A stretch of DNA of 32,239 nt from Mycobacteriales bacterium (GTDB taxonomy: Bacteria; Actinomycetota; Actinomycetes; JALYNC01): the NCBI GenBank assembly GCA_050999825.1, contig JBPCOX010000260.1:1-32239 (forward strand), written 5' to 3'. Below are positions 30,183-32,239 of this stretch, piece by piece; position 1 is the stretch's first letter, and every line of letters begins with the position of its first letter. The translations under genes were made by a program, and so were the position numbers. The notes under the pieces were generated by a model, which was not told where the DNA came from, searched no databases, and saw only the letters and a list, made by a program, of their open reading frames with translations.

Positions 30183-31877
30183 CTAGAAGCGGGCCGGTTC
30201 GGTGTAGGCGCCCCACTCCTCGCGCAGCGCCTCACAGATCTCGCCGAGAGTGGCCTCGGCCCGGCAGGCCTCGAGCATGGCGGGAACCATGTTCTCGTCG
30301 GTGCGCGCTACGTCGACCATCCGGCGTACGGCCGCCCGGGCGGCGTCGTCGTCACGGGCGGTGCGGCGGGCACCGAGCGCGCGGTTCTGTTCGATCTCGA
30401 CCTCGTGGCTGACCCGCAGGATCTCCAGCGGGTCCTCCACCGACCGGGTGAGAACGTTGACGCCGACGACCTTCTTCTCGCTCTTCTCCAGCTGCCGCTG
30501 GTAGACGAAGGCGGCCTCGGCGATCTCGGACATGAACCAGCCGTCCTCGATGCCCCGAAGCAGCCCCGACGTCATCGTTCCGTCGGTTCCCATCTCGCGG
30601 ATGTGGGTGAAGATCTCCTCGGCCTGCCGCTCCAGCTCGTCGGTCAGCGCCTCGACGTACCACGATCCGCCGAGCGGGTCGGCGACGTTCACCACACCGG
30701 TCTCCTCGGCGATCACCTGCTGGGTCCGCAGCGCGATCTGCGCCGCCCGCGCCGACGGCAGCGCGAGGACCTCGTCCAGCGCGTTCGTGTGCAGCGAGTT
30801 CGTCCCGCCCAGTACAGCGGCCAGCGCCTCGATCGCCGTACGCACGATGTTGTTGTCCGGCTGCTGCGCGGTCAGCGACACGCCGGCGGTCTGCGTGTGG
30901 AAGCGCAGTTGCTGCGCCTTTGCCGTCTTCGCTCCGTAGACGTCGCGCATCCAACGCGCCCAGATCCGCCGCGCCGCGCGGAACTTCGCGATCTCCTCGA
31001 AGAAGTCGATGTGCGCGTCGAAGAAGAACGACAGGCCAGGCGCGAACTGCTCGATGTCCATCCCGCGGGACAGCCCGAGTTCGACGTACCCGAATCCGTC
31101 GGCCAGCGTGAAGGCGAGCTCCTGCGCGGCCGTCGACCCGGCCTCCCGGATGTGATAGCCGGAGACGGACAGCGGCTTGTACGCCGGAACCTCGCGGGCG
31201 CAGAACTCCATCAGGTCACCGATCAGGCGCAGATGTGGCTCGGGCGCGAACAGCCACTCCTTCTGCGCGATGTACTCCTTGAAGATGTCGGTCTGCAGCG
31301 TGCCGTTGAGCACCCCGATGTCGGTGCCCTGGCGCTCGGCCGCGACCAGGTACATGCAGAACACCGGTACCGCGGGACCGCTGATCGTCATCGACGTCGT
31401 GGTCTGGGCCAGCGGGATGTCCGCGAAGAGGATGTCCATGTCCGCCGCGGAGTCGATCGCGACACCGCAATGGCCCACCTCGCCGAGCGAGCGCTCCTCG
31501 TCGCTGTCGCGGCCCATCAGAGTCGGCATGTCGAAGGCGACCGACAGCCCGCCGCCGCCCTCAGCCAGGATCATCTTGTAACGCTCGTTCGTCTGCTCGG
31601 CGTTGCCGAAGCCGGCGAACTGCCGGATCGTCCAGGTCCGGCCGCGGTAGCCGGTGGGGTGCAGACCCCGGGTGAACGGGTACTCCCCCGGCCACCCGAT
31701 CCGGTCGAACCCCTCGACCGACTCGGGATCGCGCGGTCCGTAGACCGGATCCACCTCGACCCCGGAGAGCGTGGTGAAGTCGGCGTCACGCACAATGGCG
31801 GCGTCGAAGCGCTCCTGCCAGCGTCGGCGCCCGTCGACGATCTCAGATACATCCATGGCGTCGATAGTAAAGGCCAC
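30183..31877 (-). CDS. acyl-CoA mutase large (substrate-binding) subunit, methylmalonyl/isobutyryl-CoA mutase family, without a fused B12-binding domain
   Basis: Family blocks are present: YPFTRGLHPTGYRGRTWTIRQFAGFGNAEQTNERYK, GLSVAFDMPTLMG, ISGYHIREAG-type block (SVSGYHIREAGSTAAQE). The start is GTG 31877 or ATG 31856. Confidence 0.88.
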   Translation of the reverse strand: MAFTIDAMDVSEIVDGRRRWQERFDAAIVRDADFTTLSGVEVDPVYGPRDPESVEGFDRIGWPGEYPFTRGLHPTGYRGRTWTIRQFAGFGNAEQTNERYKMILAEGGGGLSVAFDMPTLMGRDSDEERSLGEVGHCGVAIDSAADMDILFADIPLAQTTTSMTISGPAVPVFCMYLVAAERQGTDIGVLNGTLQTDIFKEYIAQKEWLFAPEPHLRLIGDLMEFCAREVPAYKPLSVSGYHIREAGSTAAQELAFTLADGFGYVELGLSRGMDIEQFAPGLSFFFDAHIDFFEEIAKFRAARRIWARWMRDVYGAKTAKAQQLRFHTQTAGVSLTAQQPDNNIVRTAIEALAAVLGGTNSLHTNALDEVLALPSARAAQIALRTQQVIAEETGVVNVADPLGGSWYVEALTDELERQAEEIFTHIREMGTDGTMTSGLLRGIEDGWFMSEIAEAAFVYQRQLEKSEKKVVGVNVLTRSVEDPLEILRVSHEVEIEQNRALGARRTARDDDAARAAVRRMVDVARTDENMVPAMLEACRAEATLGEICEALREEWGAYTEPARF

Positions 31878-32051
31878 CGAAACCGGAACATTCTCCCCAC
31901 GTCACCCAGCCGACCTCACCGAACGGGCGGGTTCATACCGCCCAACCAGGCAGGGTGCCCGGCTGGTGGGTGCTGCGATCCTCTGATTCGCCGCGGAAGC
32001 GGTTGCCGCCGTGTCGACTCGCCGGTGGCCTACCTCCCGGGAGGAACCTAG

Positions 32052-32239
32052 ATGAGTAGCTCCGCTGCAGATGCCGACGCCGGCGAAGGCTCGGGCCACG
32101 GCCCCGGCCACCACGAGGTCATCGAGGCCGAGCCTGCGGCCGCAAGCGGCCCGCTGGCCGGCGATCCCGCGGTGCTCGGCCTGATCATGTTCGTCCCGGG
32201 CGGGGTCAGCCTCGGCCTCGCCCTGACCGGCTACACCAG
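32052..32239 (+). CDS. 5'-partial membrane-protein gene, possibly a GPR1/FUN34/YaaH-type acetate/succinate channel
   Basis: ATG 32052 follows a GGGAGGAA Shine-Dalgarno. My own translation is MSSSAADADAGEGSGHGPGHHEVIEAEPAAASGPLAGDPAVLGLIMFVPGGVSLGLALTGYT. The DPAVLGL plus hydrophobic helix resembles the NPAPLGL start of that family. The ORF runs off the window end. Confidence 0.4.
   Translation, partial: MSSSAADADAGEGSGHGPGHHEVIEAEPAAASGPLAGDPAVLGLIMFVPGGVSLGLALTGYT

Overview
High-GC (Actinomycetota-type) chromosomal segment with about 29 supportable protein genes and no rRNA, tRNA, CRISPR array, transposase or integrase that I can see. The core is a complete GlgE-pathway alpha-glucan locus. 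It comprises glgX (12797-14872), glgP (16422-18998, minus strand) and the overlapping operon glgE-treS-pep2-glgB (20483-27744). The left end carries a four-gene signalling cassette, FHA / PP2C phosphatase / FHA / membrane Ser-Thr kinase (34-4464), in which every junction is a GTGA or ATGA start-stop overlap. Between these lie a TetR regulator with small membrane proteins, then an apparent envelope-glycosylation module. That module has a UGM-like flavoprotein, a flippase-like-TM::GT2 fusion and a GT-C-like membrane protein, and it is interrupted by an XRE-HTH / minimal-nucleotidyltransferase pair. A lone ABC ATPase follows. The right end has a secreted Zn-metallopeptidase, a thioredoxin-TPR protein, an acyl-CoA mutase large subunit and the 5' end of a membrane-protein gene. 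The most unusual structure is in the glgP-glgE spacer. A DUF559-type gene sits between two 76-bp direct repeats that are 68/76 identical with no gaps. Each repeat is bounded by perfect 12-bp terminal inverted repeats (GGCGATCATGAA / TTCATGATCGCC), and the left one is preceded by five iterated CCACGCCGAYCC 12-mers. A third FHA-domain gene is translationally coupled to glgX and contains an 18-bp tandem repeat. All product calls come from motif recognition in the supplied translations. No database search was possible, and many start codons are inferred.
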